From Laetmonice hystrix (Eukaryota): a DNA stretch of 64,000 bases. This document shows positions 51,455 to 64,000 of this stretch, piece by piece. The notes under the pieces are model-generated. The model had not been told where the DNA came from and did not search any database. It saw only the letters and a program-made list of their open reading frames with translations. The position numbers and the translations under genes were made by a program. Position 1 is the stretch's first letter. The number at the start of each line of letters is the position of its first letter. The stretch spans positions 44,766,001 through 44,830,000 of the forward strand of contig OZ249436.1 in assembly GCA_965235115.1 (NCBI GenBank), given 5' to 3'.

Positions 51455-51630
51455 CAGTGGGGGATCCAGGGGGCCTAGGGGGCCCTGGTCCCCCTTAGAT
51501 TTCCTTTTTCTTATTGTTTTTGGGATGAAGATGCATTAGTAGTCAAAATCCAAAAAGAAAATTAGGTGGGCCCCTCTTATCAAAATCCTGGTGCCCCCCC
51601 CCCCTATCAAAATCCTGGACCCCCCCACTG
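51455..51630. mobile_element. hAT-like MITE
   Basis: CAGTGGGGGATCCAGG / CCTGGACCCCCCCACTG; flanks CATATG / CAAATG. Confidence 0.7.
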
Positions 51631-51960
51631 CAAATGTCTATAAGAGATCCGCTGAGATACTAAAAGCGGGTACTCAGTATCCTCCTCAAGTCGGCATTAA
51701 CCAACAAGACACAGAGACACAGAGAGAGACGCACACACAGAGACACAGACAGAGAGAGACAGAGAGAGAGAGAGAGATGGTGCCAGGGTATGTAGGGAGT
51801 AGATACGGATTGCCCTCAGAGTGGGTCGACCTTAACCAATGAGAAGCCATGTATGTCAAGTGGAAACAAATAGGACATAATATATCACGCTATCTTTTAT
51901 CCAGACATTTTAATGCAGACAACTAACGGACTGAATAGGTGTTAATACTTATTATGTGCA

Positions 51961-52263
51961 AGATAGGACAGAATGTTATTAATGATCAAACTATAGGTCT
52001 ATGTTGTATTACATTAGCAACCTGTCTATTATCTAGATAGGGAATGTTATCAATGATCAAACTATAGGTCTATGTTGTATTACATTAGCAATCTGTCTAT
52101 TATCTAGATAGGGCAGAATGCTATCAATGATCAAACTATAGGTCTATGTTGTATTACATTAGCAATCTGTCTATTATACTATAGGTCTATGTTGTATTAC
52201 ATTAGCAATCTGTCTATTATACTATAGGTCTATGTTGTATTACATAAGCAATCTGTCTATTAT
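51961..52263. repeat. Minisatellite: three ~72-bp units plus two ~43-bp partial units
   Basis: Core actataggtctatgttgtattacattagcaatctgtctattat x5. Confidence 0.9.
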
Positions 52264-53745
52264 CAAGAGCGCAAGATGTAAGGTTTTATTACATAAGTCA
52301 TAATACCGTTCTCAAATCGAGATCATAATTGTGTAATTAGAAGATTCTGACTTCAACATGTTTGTATCAAGTTTGTGAATTTACGAAAAACTTTCGGTAA
52401 GACCTTTTAATGAAGTCAGTCATTGAGTCTCTAAATAAACCCCACGTGAATCATATTGCCCGTAGTCTAGATACTTAAGGGGCGAATCCACTAAGGTCAT
52501 TGACCTTGCGACTTCCATATGATTCATAATTTTATACGCTGTAATTTTATTCTGGCTATCCGGAAATCTCAAAATAACAGTGGAAGAAAAGGGTGCATTA
52601 AAATCGCATAGATTAACGACACAATTTTACGGAGCAGAAATTTTATGCAGAAAGAAATAGGATGTGAGCACTGGATGGGGAGACCGTCATATATCCTACC
52701 AGTCAGGAGTCATTCTCTCATATTAACATACCATTGATCACATCGATTGGTTCATTCAATACTGCCTGGGGGACAGAAACCTCATCTTCATTTCGAGAGA
52801 TAGATAAAGATGAATAGTTAGTCGACCCATCCACTAGTTGTCAGGGCGTCGCTGGATTGTATAGATCTCGTTATCGCAATTCAAATCGATCTTTGGGGAA
52901 GGACAGAAATGGAATGAAAGGGAAGGGACGGACACAGGAGGTGAGGTGAGGTCACGCCACCCTTCGACGAGGGAAGTTTGGTTCGGCTCAAACTGAAGCC
53001 AAACATTTAGTATCTGTCTGCTGTCACTCCTAGCCTCAGTTGATCTGAAGACAGAACAGTCAGATTATATCAGGCTTTTATTCAACCTCATATTATAGTA
53101 CTGTGGACCAGGCCTGTAGATTAAATAGCGAATTCTCTTTATTTATTATAAATAATCCAGGAAAACTATAAACAATTTGAAAAAAATGCAGCGGAAAATT
53201 CTGGAAAAAAGGCGAACATCTGCGGAAGAGGGCCTGGGCGCCTCCCCCAGGACATTTTTGAATTTAGAAGGCCAAAACTTGTCTGATGCAAAGTTCCCTT
53301 TCCTTCGGGGCTGTATACTGAAGACTTGTACACGTGTGGTTCACGGGATATACGGTATGTTCAGTGTAGAAATCCCGCAACATAACCCTTAGAAAAAAAC
53401 AACAATAAAGCTCTTGTGCCACACACGACAGCCAGTGCCGCAGGTTACTGAAACAATAGCATGCCCCAAGAAAAACGGTAAAGCTGAGATGTCGTTCGCT
53501 AAAAGGGTTCTATGGCATTGTTAATTGTTATAGTATGACATGAATTGTTAATATAAAAACTATAAAGTTCTCAGTTTGTGCAGCACATGAACCAATAATG
53601 AATTGCTCTCCCATTAGAAGCAATAACCTCATTAAATATTTTCCTCATCGTACCGTACTCATCATTTTTCAGTTTTAAGCAACATAACAAAAGTTATTGC
53701 ATCAGAGACCTTGACTTCGCTCCATAAAACTAGTTTCACTACACT

Positions 53746-53955
53746 CACAGGCGGCGGAACAGGAGGACAGCCCTCCCCCCACCCCACCCCCACCCCCCCA
53801 CCCCCCACGCCCATATTATATTCCCAGAAGACAACTTAGGTGCTCCCAGAAGAGGCCAAACCCCAAATTTTCTGTGGGCTATACGCCCACGCAAACCGCC
53901 CTCTGATACACCGTCCATTCAGCCCCTCCGGTAAAATTTGCTTCCGCCGCCTATG
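53746..53955. mobile_element. hAT-like MITE with 6-bp TSD
   Basis: CACAGGCGGCGGAA / TTCCGCCGCCTATG; TACACT on both sides. Confidence 0.75.
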
Positions 53956-54698
53956 TACACTTCTTCTTTTGAAATTGTTATTTGAAAAATATTAAAATAA
54001 ATAGGCATCTCAGAGCCATGACACTATGAAGAAGAAACGTTAAAATGAGTATTCTGTCTTCAAGCTGATGTTGTTATAGCAGTTGTTTTTAACAACTAAT
54101 ACCTCATTGGGCTAGGGCTTGACTATCCGGGCTTCCAGGATAAGAGCACCCCGGCGTGCCAACAGTTAACGCGAGCAGCCTTAACACATTTACGTCGCGT
54201 ACGGATTCATTTCCCTTAAAGAAGGATTTATACGATGGAGCAAATCGTTTGTTGATAGCCCCAATCTGGCCAGGCATCCCCGGCCGCGCCTACTGCCGCA
54301 ACGTTCCGGCAAACTGGCATATCGAATTTCTGCGATGGTGATTAGATTCATGAGTTAATGAGACGTAATGGGCTTACAAGGCAATTCATTTCTTCACCAG
54401 ACTATATATCACGAGACTCGAAGGAACAAAAATCAGTTAATTAAAGGTATTCGTCAAAGTTTTAATTATTGCAGCCACTGATCGCGCTTAATGAGTGATT
54501 GGTGAGCGCTGGAGGGAAGTGTGATCGTATTTACATATACATTAGTAAGAAACCAAACACCTGGACAATCTGTGCAATCCGTGCATTAGGTCTGAAACCA
54601 CCCTTTCATAATCCTGGTCTTATCACTCACCCTCTCACGATTATCTAAATAAGCTAACGTACCTGCAACATTTGTAAGCCGACGGACACATACATTAA

Positions 54699-55035
54699 TC
54701 TCCCACTTACCTGTCCTGTTCCCGGAATTTTTGATTTAATGGTGGAATTTCACTCTGAAATTTTTCCTGGCTGGCCTTCTCTGTTTCAGGAAATGGGTTC
54801 CATCCTTTAATCTCAAAATTACAGTAAAATAAAAGGGTGATGTCAAAATCGCATGGGCGCCGCAAGGGGAATCGCCTTGGTGGGTTCAGCACAAAGGTAC
54901 TCCATTGGTCGGGGGCAACAACCGATAACAGAACAGCCTATCAAAACCAGGTCATGTATCTGTCACATTTTGAATAGGACATGCTGAGCTGTTTGAAATT
55001 TGAAATGCTAAGGAATAGGACAGGTAAGTGGGGGA
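54699..55035. mobile_element. TTAA-flanked MITE carrying a fragment of the 37553 element
   Basis: TTAA|TCTCCCACTTACCTGTCCTGTTCC ... GGAATAGGACAGGTAAGTGGGGGA|TTAA. Confidence 0.7.
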
Positions 55036-55498
55036 TTAAGGTATGCTTCCATGTAACTGTTCATGTATACATTAACTATGTAGGGCTGTGGTGACTTCTA
55101 TATAAGGTACAAAAAGGACAAGACCATGCACCGAGCCATCATTTATAAACGGGTCGCCAAGGCCAGTTTAACTTTATATTGTATTTTCCTGATCACCTCC
55201 TCTTTCACAGCTAAGCCTACAGATGTGTGGTTCGAGCCACATGCTGTGACCACCGCGCATGGCTGGTGGTCACAGCGTGTGGCTCGGTCACAGCGCTCCA
55301 TTATTCCGAAAATGGATCGATTGCAGCGCTGTTCCCCAGAAATCTTTGACTAAATGGGATAAAGTTTCTGAGTTAGATAGATCTGTCGTTATAAGTGCAT
55401 TAGTAAAAAAAAGATTTTAAGAATATCCATGAGATATAGCTTCTGAGTCGGCACTGTAATGGTAATGGGTTTCCAAATGATTATGATCTCTTGACCCA

Positions 55499-55751
55499 CA
55501 CTGCCGTGCAATGACAACAGGAAGCAAGTCCAACTTTCATCAAAATCGACTTAAGTGTAAATTTGGATTCAGGGAAGTAAGTCCTATCTATCAATGGGTG
55601 TATTTCTGCTAAACATCCTTCTATGAAGAAATCAGTCACATGACAGAAGGGAGCAAGTGCATCCAAGTGCATTGTAGAGAAAACTTGTTTATGTCCATTT
55701 CTCGAAACTTGGACTTTTGGACTTGCTTCCTTTTGTCATTTCACGGCAGTA
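55499..55751. mobile_element. Tc1/mariner-type MITE (copy of 29820-30068)
   Basis: Colinear similarity and the same TIRs. Confidence 0.85.
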
Positions 55752-55754
55752 TAT

Positions 55755-58700
55755 ATTACCATTAGACTCAGTCATCTCTCCGCTCTATCTGTAACGATCT
55801 CTTGACCCATAGATTACCATTAGACTCAGTCATCTCTCCGCTCTATCTGTAACGATCTCTTGACCCATAGATTACCATTAGACTCAGTCATCTCTCCGCT
55901 CTATCTGTAACGATCTCTTGACCCATAGATTACCATTAGACTCAGTCATCTCTCAGCTCTGTCTGTAACGATCTCTTGACCCATAGATTACCATTAGACT
56001 CAGTCATCTCTCTGCTCTATCTGTAACGATCTCTTGACCCATAGATTACCATTAGACTCAGCCATCTCTCCGCTCTATCTGTAACGATCTCTTGACCCAT
56101 AGATTACCATTAGACTCAGCCATCTCTCCGCTCTATCTGTAACGATCTCTTGACCCATAGATTACCATTAGACTCAGTCATCTCTCCGCTCTATCTGTAA
56201 CGATCTCTTGACCCATAGATTACCATTAGACTCAGTCATCTCTCCGCTCTATCTGTAACGATCTCTTGACCCATAGATTACCATTAGACTCAGTCATCTC
56301 TCAGCTCTATCTGTAACGATCTCTTGACCCATAGATTACCATTAGACTCAGTCATCTCTCTGCTCTATCTGTAACGATCTCTTGACCCATAGATTACCAT
56401 TAGACTCAGCCATCTCTCCGCTCTATCTGTAACGATCTCTTGACCCATAGATTACCATTAGACTCAGTCATCTCTCCGCTCTATCTGTAACGATCTCTTG
56501 ACCCATAGATTACCATTAGACTCAGTCATCTCTCCGCTCTATCTGTAACGATCTCTTGACCCATAGATTGCCATTAGACTCAGTCATCTCTCCGCTCTAT
56601 CTGTAACGATCTCTTGACCCATAGATTACCATTAGACTCAGTCATCTCTCTGCTCTATCTGTAACGATCTCTTGACCCATAGATTACCATTAGACTCAGC
56701 CATCTCTCCGCTCTATCTGTAACGATCTCTTGACCCATAGATTACCATTAGACTCAGTCATCTCTCCGCTCTATCTGTAACGATCTCTTGACCCATAGAT
56801 TACCATTAGACTCAGTCATCTCTCAGCTCTATGTGTAACGATCTCTTGACCCATAGATTACCATTAGACTCAGCCATCTCTCCGCTCTATCTGTAACGAT
56901 CTCTTGACCCATAGATTACCATTAGACTCAGTCATCTCTCCGCTCTATCTGTAACGATCTCTTGACCCATAGATTACCATTAGACTCAGTCATCTCTCTG
57001 CTCTATCTGTAACGATCTCTTGACCCATAGATTACCATTAGACTCAGTCATCTCTCCGCTCTATCTGTAACGATCTCTTGACCCATAGATTACCATTAGA
57101 CTCAGCCATCTCTCCGCTCTATCTGTAACGATCTCTTGACCCATAGATTACCATTAGACTCAGTCATCTCTCCGCTCTATCTGTAACGATCTCTTGACCC
57201 ATAGATTACCATTAGACTCAGTCATCTCTCCGCTCTATCTGTAACGATCTCTTGACCCATAGATTACCATTAGACTCAGCCATCTCTCCGCTCTATCTGT
57301 AACGATCTCTTGACCCATAGATTACCATTAGACTCAGTCATCTCTCCGCTCTATCTGTAACGATCTCTTGACCCATAGATTACCATTAGACTCAGTCATC
57401 TCTCCGCTCTATCTGTAACGATCTCTTGACCCATAGATTACCATTAGACTCAGTCATCTCTCAGCTCTATCTGTAACGATCTCTTGACCCATAGATTACC
57501 ATTAGACTCAGTCATCTCTCTGCTCTATCTGTAACGATCTCTTGACCCATAGATTACCATTAGACTCAGCAATCTCTCCGCTCTATCTGTAACGATCTCT
57601 TGACCCATAGATTACCATTAGACTCAGTCATCTCTCCGCTCTATCTGTAACGATCTCTTGACCCATAGATTACCATTAGACTCAGTCATCTCTCAGCTCT
57701 ATCTGTAACGATCTCTTGACCCATAGATTACCATTAGACTCAGTCATCTCTCCGCTCTATCTGTAACGATCTCTTGACCCATAGATTACCATTAGACTCA
57801 GTCATCTCTCAGCTCTATCTGTAACGATATCTTGACCCATAGATTACCATTAGACTCAGTCATCTCTCAGCTCTATCTGTAACGATCTCTTGACCCATAG
57901 ATTACCACTAGACTCAGTCATCTCTCCGCTCTATCTGTAACGATCTCTTGACCCATAGATTACCATTAGACTCAGTCATCTCTCAGCTCTATATGTAACG
58001 ATCTCTTGACCCATAGATTACCATTAGACTCAGTCATCTCTCCGCTCTATCTGTAACGATCTCTTGACCCATAGATTACCATTAGACTCAGCCATCTCTC
58101 AGCTCTATCTGTAACGATCTCTTGACCCATAGATTACCATTAGACTCAGCCATCTCTCAGCTCTATCTGTAACGATCTCTTGACCCATAGATTACCATTA
58201 GACTCAGTCATCTCTCAGCTCTATCTGTAACGATATCTTGACCCATAGATTACCATTAGACTCAGCCATCTCTCCGCTCTATCTGTAACGATCTCTTGAC
58301 CCATAGATTACCATTAGACTCAGTCATCTCTCCGCTCTATCTGTAACGATCTCTTGACCCATAGATTACCATTAGACTCAGCCATCTCTCAGCTCTATCT
58401 GTAACGATATCTTGACCCATAGATTACCATTAGACTCAGTCATCTCTCAGCTCTATCTGTAACGATCTCTTGACCCATAGATTACCATTAGACTCAGTCA
58501 TCTCTCAGCTCTATCTGTAACGATCTCTTGACCCATAGATTACCATTAGACTCAGTCATCTCTCAGCTCTATCTGTAACGATCTCTTGACCCATAGATTA
58601 CAATTAGACTCAGTCATCTCTCAGCTCTATCTGTAACGATCTCTTGACCCATAGATTACGGATTAGACTCAGTCATCTCTCAGCTCTATCTGTAACGATC

Positions 58701-61700
58701 TCTTGACCCATAGATTACCATTAGACTCAGTCATCTCTCAGCTCTATCTGTAACGATATCTTGACCCATAGATTACCATTAGACTCAGCCATCTCTCAGC
58801 TCTATCTGTAACGATCTCTTGACCCATAGATTACCATTAGACTCAGTCATCTCTCAGCTCTATCTGTAACGATCTCTTGACCCATAGATTACCATTAGAC
58901 TCAGTCATCTCTCCGCTCTATCTGTAGCGATCTCTTGACCCATAGATTACCATTAGACTCAGTCATCTCTCAGCTCTATCTGTAACGATATCTTGACCCA
59001 TAGATTACCATTAGACTCAGCCATCTCTCAGCTCTATCTGTAACGATCTCTTGACCCATAGATTACCATTAGACTCAGTCATCTCTCCGCTCTATCTGTA
59101 ACGATCTCTTGACCCATAGATTACCATTAGACTCAGTCATCTCTCCGCTCTATCTGTAACGATCTCTTGACCCATAGATTACCATTAGACTCAGTCATCT
59201 CTCCGCTCTATCTGTAACGATCTCTTGACCCATAGATTACCATTAGACTCAGTCATCTCTCAGCTCTGTCTGTAACGATCTCTTGACCCATAGATTACCA
59301 TTAGACTCAGTCATCTCTCTGCTCTATCTGTAACGATTTCTTGACCCATAGATTACCATTAGACTCAGTCATCTCTCCGCTCTATCTGTAACGATCTCTT
59401 GACCCATAGATTACCATTAGACTCAGTCATCTCTCAGCTCTATGTGTAACGATCTCTTGACCCATAGATTACCATTAGACTCAGCCATCTCTCCGCTCTA
59501 TCTGTAACGATCTCTTGACCCATAGATTACCATTAGACTCAGTCATCTCTCCGCTCTATCTGTAACGATCTCTTGACCCATAGATTACCATTAGACTCAG
59601 TCATCTCTCTGCTCTATCTGTAACGATCTCTTGACCCATAGATTACCATTAGACTCAGTCATCTCTCCGCTCTATCTGTAACGATCTCTTGACCCATAGA
59701 TTACCATTAGACTCAGCCATCTCTCCGCTCTATCTGTAACGATCTCTTGACCCATAGATTACCATTAGACTCAGTCATCTCTCCGCTCTATCTGTAACGA
59801 TCTCTTAACCCATAGATTACCATTAGACTCAGTCATCTCTCCGCTCTATCTGTAACGATCTCTTGACCCATAGATTACCATTAGACTCAGTCATCTCTCC
59901 GCTCTATCTGTAACGATCTCTTGACCCATAGATTACCATTAGACTCAGTCATCTCTCTGCTCTATCTGTAACGATCTCTTGACCCATAGATTACCATTAG
60001 ACTCAGCCATCTCTCCGCTCTATCTGTAACGATCTCTTGACCCATAGATTACCATTAGACTCAGTCATCTCTCCGCTCTATCTGTAACGATCTCTTGACC
60101 CATAGATTACCATTAGACTCAGTCATCTCTCAGCTCTATCTGTAACGATCTCTTGACCCATAGATTACCATTAGACTCAGTCATCTCTCAGCTCTATCTG
60201 TAACGATCTCTTGACCCATAGATTACAATTAGACTCAGTCATCTCTCAGCTCTATCTGTAACGATCTCTTGACCCATAGATTACGGATTAGACTCAGTCA
60301 TCTCTCAGCTCTATCTGTAACGATCTCTTGACCCATAGATTACCATTAGACTCAGTCATCTCTCAGCTCTATCTGTAACGATATCTTGACCCATAGATTA
60401 CCATTAGACTCAGCCATCTCTCAGCTCTATCTGTAACGATCTCTTGACCCATAGATTACCATTAGACTCAGTCATCTCTCAGCTCTATCTGTAACGATCT
60501 CTTGACCCATAGATTACCATTAGACTCAGTCATCTCTCCGCTCTATCTGTAGCGATCTCTTGACCCATAGATTACCATTAGACTCAGTCATCTCTCAGCT
60601 CTATCTGTAACGATATCTTGACCCATAGATTACCATTAGACTCAGCCATCTCTCAGCTCTATCTGTAACGATCTCTTGACCCATAGATTACCATTAGACT
60701 CAGTCATCTCTCCGCTCTATCTGTAACGATCTCTTGACCCATAGATTACCATTAGACTCAGTCATCTCTCCGCTCTATCTGTAACGATCTCTTGACCCAT
60801 AGATTACCATTAGACTCAGTCATCTCTCCGCTCTGTCTGTAACGATCTCTTGACCCATAGATTACCATTAGACTCAGTCATCTCTCAGCTCTGTCTGTAA
60901 CGATCTCTTGACCCATAGATTACCATTAGACTCAGTCATCTCTCTGCTCTATCTGTAACGATCTCTTGACCCATAGATTACCATTAGACTCAGTCATCTC
61001 TCCGCTCTATCTGTAACGATCTCTTGACCCATAGATTACCATTAGACTCAGTCATCTCTCAGCTCTATGTGTAACGATCTCTTGACCCATAGATTACCAT
61101 TAGACTCAGCCATCTCTCCGCTCTATCTGTAACGATCTCTTGACCCATAGATTACCATTAGACTCAGTCATCTCTCCGCTCTATCTGTAACGATCTCTTG
61201 ACCCATAGATTACCATTAGACTCAGTCATCTCTCTGCTCTATCTGTAACGATCTCTTGACCCATAGATTACCATTAGACTCAGTCATCTCTCCGCTCTAT
61301 CTGTAACGATCTCTTGACCCATAGATTACCATTAGACTCAGCCATCTCTCCGCTCTATCTGTAACGATCTCTTGACCCATAGATTACCATTAGACTCAGT
61401 CATCTCTCCGCTCTATCTGTAACGATCTCTTAACCCATAGATTACCATTAGACTCAGTCATCTCTCCGCTCTATCTGTAACGATCTCTTGACCCATAGAT
61501 TACCATTAGACTCAGTCATCTCTCCGCTCTATCTGTAACGATCTCTTGACCCATAGATTACCATTAGACTCAGTCATCTCTCTGCTCTATCTGTAACGAT
61601 CTCTTGACCCATAGATTACCATTAGACTCAGCCATCTCTCCGCTCTATCTGTAACGATCTCTTGACCCATAGATTACCATTAGACTCAGTCATCTCTCCG

Positions 61701-64000
61701 CTCTATCTGTAACGATCTCTTGACCCATAGATTACCATTAGACTCAGTCATCTCTCAGCTCTATGTGTAACGATCTCTTGACCCATAGATTACCATTAGA
61801 CTCAGCCATCTCTCCGCTCTATCTGTAACGATCTCTTGACCCATAGATTACCATTAGACTCAGTCATCTCTCCGCTCTATCTGTAACGATCTCTTGACCC
61901 ATAGATTACCATTAGACTCAGTCATCTCTCTGCTCTATCTGTAACGATCTCTTGACCCATAGATTACCATTAGACTCAGTCATCTCTCCGCTCTATCTGT
62001 AACGATCTCTTGACCCATAGATTACCATTAGACTCAGCCATCTCTCCGCTCTATCTGTAACGATCTCTTGACCCATAGATTACCATTAGACTCAGCCATC
62101 TCTCCGCTCTATCTGTAACGATCTCTTGACCCATAGATTACCATTAGACTCAGTCATCTCTCCGCTCTATCTGTAACGATCTCTTGACCCATAGATTACC
62201 ATTAGACTCAGTCATCTCTCCGCTCTATCTGTAACGATCTCTTGACCCATAGATTACCATTAGACTCAGTCATCTCTCAGCTCTATCTGTAACGATCTCT
62301 TGACCCATAGATTACCATTAGACTCAGTCATCTCTCTGCTCTATCTGTAACGATCTCTTGACCCATAGATTACCATTAGACTCAGCCATCTCTCCGCTCT
62401 ATCTGTAACGATCTCTTGACCCATAGATTACCATTAGACTCAGTCATCTCTCCGCTCTATCTGTAACGATCTCTTGACCCATAGATTACCATTAGACTCA
62501 GTCATCTCTCCGCTCTATCTGTAACGATCTCTTGACCCATAGATTACCATTAGACTCAGTCATCTCTCCGCTCTATCTGTAACGATCTCTTGACCCATAG
62601 ATTACCATTAGACTCAGTCATCTCTCTGCTCTATCTGTAACGATCTCTTGACCCATAGATTACCATTAGACTCAGCCATCTCTCCGCTCTATCTGTAACG
62701 ATCTCTTGACCCATAAATTACCATTAGACTCAGTCATCTCTCCGCTCTATCTGTAACGATCTCTTGACCCATAGATTACCATTAGACTCAGTCATCTCTC
62801 AGCTCTATGTGTAACGATCTCTTGACCCATAGATTACCATTAGACTCAGCCATCTCTCCGCTCTATCTGTAACGATCTCTTGACCCATAGATTACCATTA
62901 GACTCAGTCATCTCTCCGCTCTATCTGTAACGATCTCTTGACCCATAGATTACCATTAGACTCAGTCATCTCTCTGCTCTATCTGTAACGATCTCTTGAC
63001 CCATAGATTACCATTAGACTCAGTCATCTCTCCGCTCTATCTGTAACGATCTCTTGACCCATAGATTACCATTAGACTCAGCCATCTCTCCGCTCTATCT
63101 GTAACGATCTCTTGACCCATAGATTACCATTAGACTCAGTCATCTCTCCGCTCTATCTGTAACGATCTCTTGACCCATAGATTACCATTAGACTCAGTCA
63201 TCTCTCCGCTCTATCTGTAACGATCTCTTGACCCATAGATTACCATTAGACTCAGCCATCTCTCCGCTCTATCTGTAACGATCTCTTGACCCATAGATTA
63301 CCATCAGACTCAGTCATCTCTCCGATCTATCTGTAACGATCTCTTGACCCATAGATTACCATTAGACTCAGTCATCTCTCAGCTCTATCTGTAACGATCT
63401 CTTGACCCATAGATTACCATTAGACTCAGTCATCTCTCTGCTCTATCTGTAACGATCTCTTGACCCATAGATTACCATTAGACTCAGTCATCTCTCTGCT
63501 CTATCTGTAACGATCTCTTGACCCATAGATTACCATTAGACTCAGCCATCTCTCCGCTCTATCTGTAACGATCTCTTGACCCATAGATTACCATTAGACT
63601 CAGTCATCTCTCCGCTCTATCTGTAACGATCTCTTGACCCATAGATTACCATTAGACTCAGTCATCTCTCAGCTCTATCTGTAACGATCTCTTGACCCAT
63701 AGATTACCATTAGACTCAGTCATCTCTCCGCTCTATCTGTAACGATCTCTTGACCCATAGATTACCATTAGACTCAGTCATCTCTCAGCTCTATCTGTAA
63801 CGATATCTTGACCCATAGATTACCATTAGACTCAGTCATCTCTCAGCTCTATCTGTAACGATCTCTTGACCCATAGATTACCACTAGACTCAGTCATCTC
63901 TCCGCTCTATCTGTAACGATCTCTTGACCCATAGATTACCATTAGACTCAGTCATCTCTCAGCTCTATATGTAACGATCTCTTGACCCATAGATTACCAT
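55755..64000. repeat. 58-bp satellite, ~142 units, runs off the window end
   Basis: Unit attaccattagactcag(t/c)catctctc(c/a/t)gctctatctgtaacgatctcttgacccatag. Confidence 0.98.

Noticed and set aside
54706..54713. Minus-strand CAG|GTAAGT as donor of the GPCR 5' UTR exon
   Set aside because: It is part of a MITE terminal inverted repeat; no independent support

Overview
Repeat-rich eukaryotic genomic DNA; an invertebrate, probably lophotrochozoan-like, origin is my inference. Three spliced protein-coding genes were reconstructed by hand with consistent intron phases. (1) BORCS8/MEF2BNB (+, 7 exons, 8198-10870, ~199 aa), missed by the ORF track. (2) A Star-like type II membrane protein with a degenerate FkbM/Methyltransf_21 domain (+, 4 exons, 17060-29292, ~365 aa); its third intron is filled by a ~9.2 kb satellite made from its own exon/donor junction. 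(3) A vasopressin/GnRH/CCAP-superfamily neuropeptide GPCR (-, 3 coding exons, 36738-34008, ~435 aa). A candidate micro-exon transcript with structured introns lies on the minus strand at ~477-2530. An ~11 kb block (37766-48680) reads as three Helentron-type non-autonomous elements nested inside one another. The last 8.2 kb is a 58-bp satellite. Many MITEs, a tRNA-derived SINE pair, minisatellites and TA-flanked micro-insertions are also present. All calls are by eye, without database searches.
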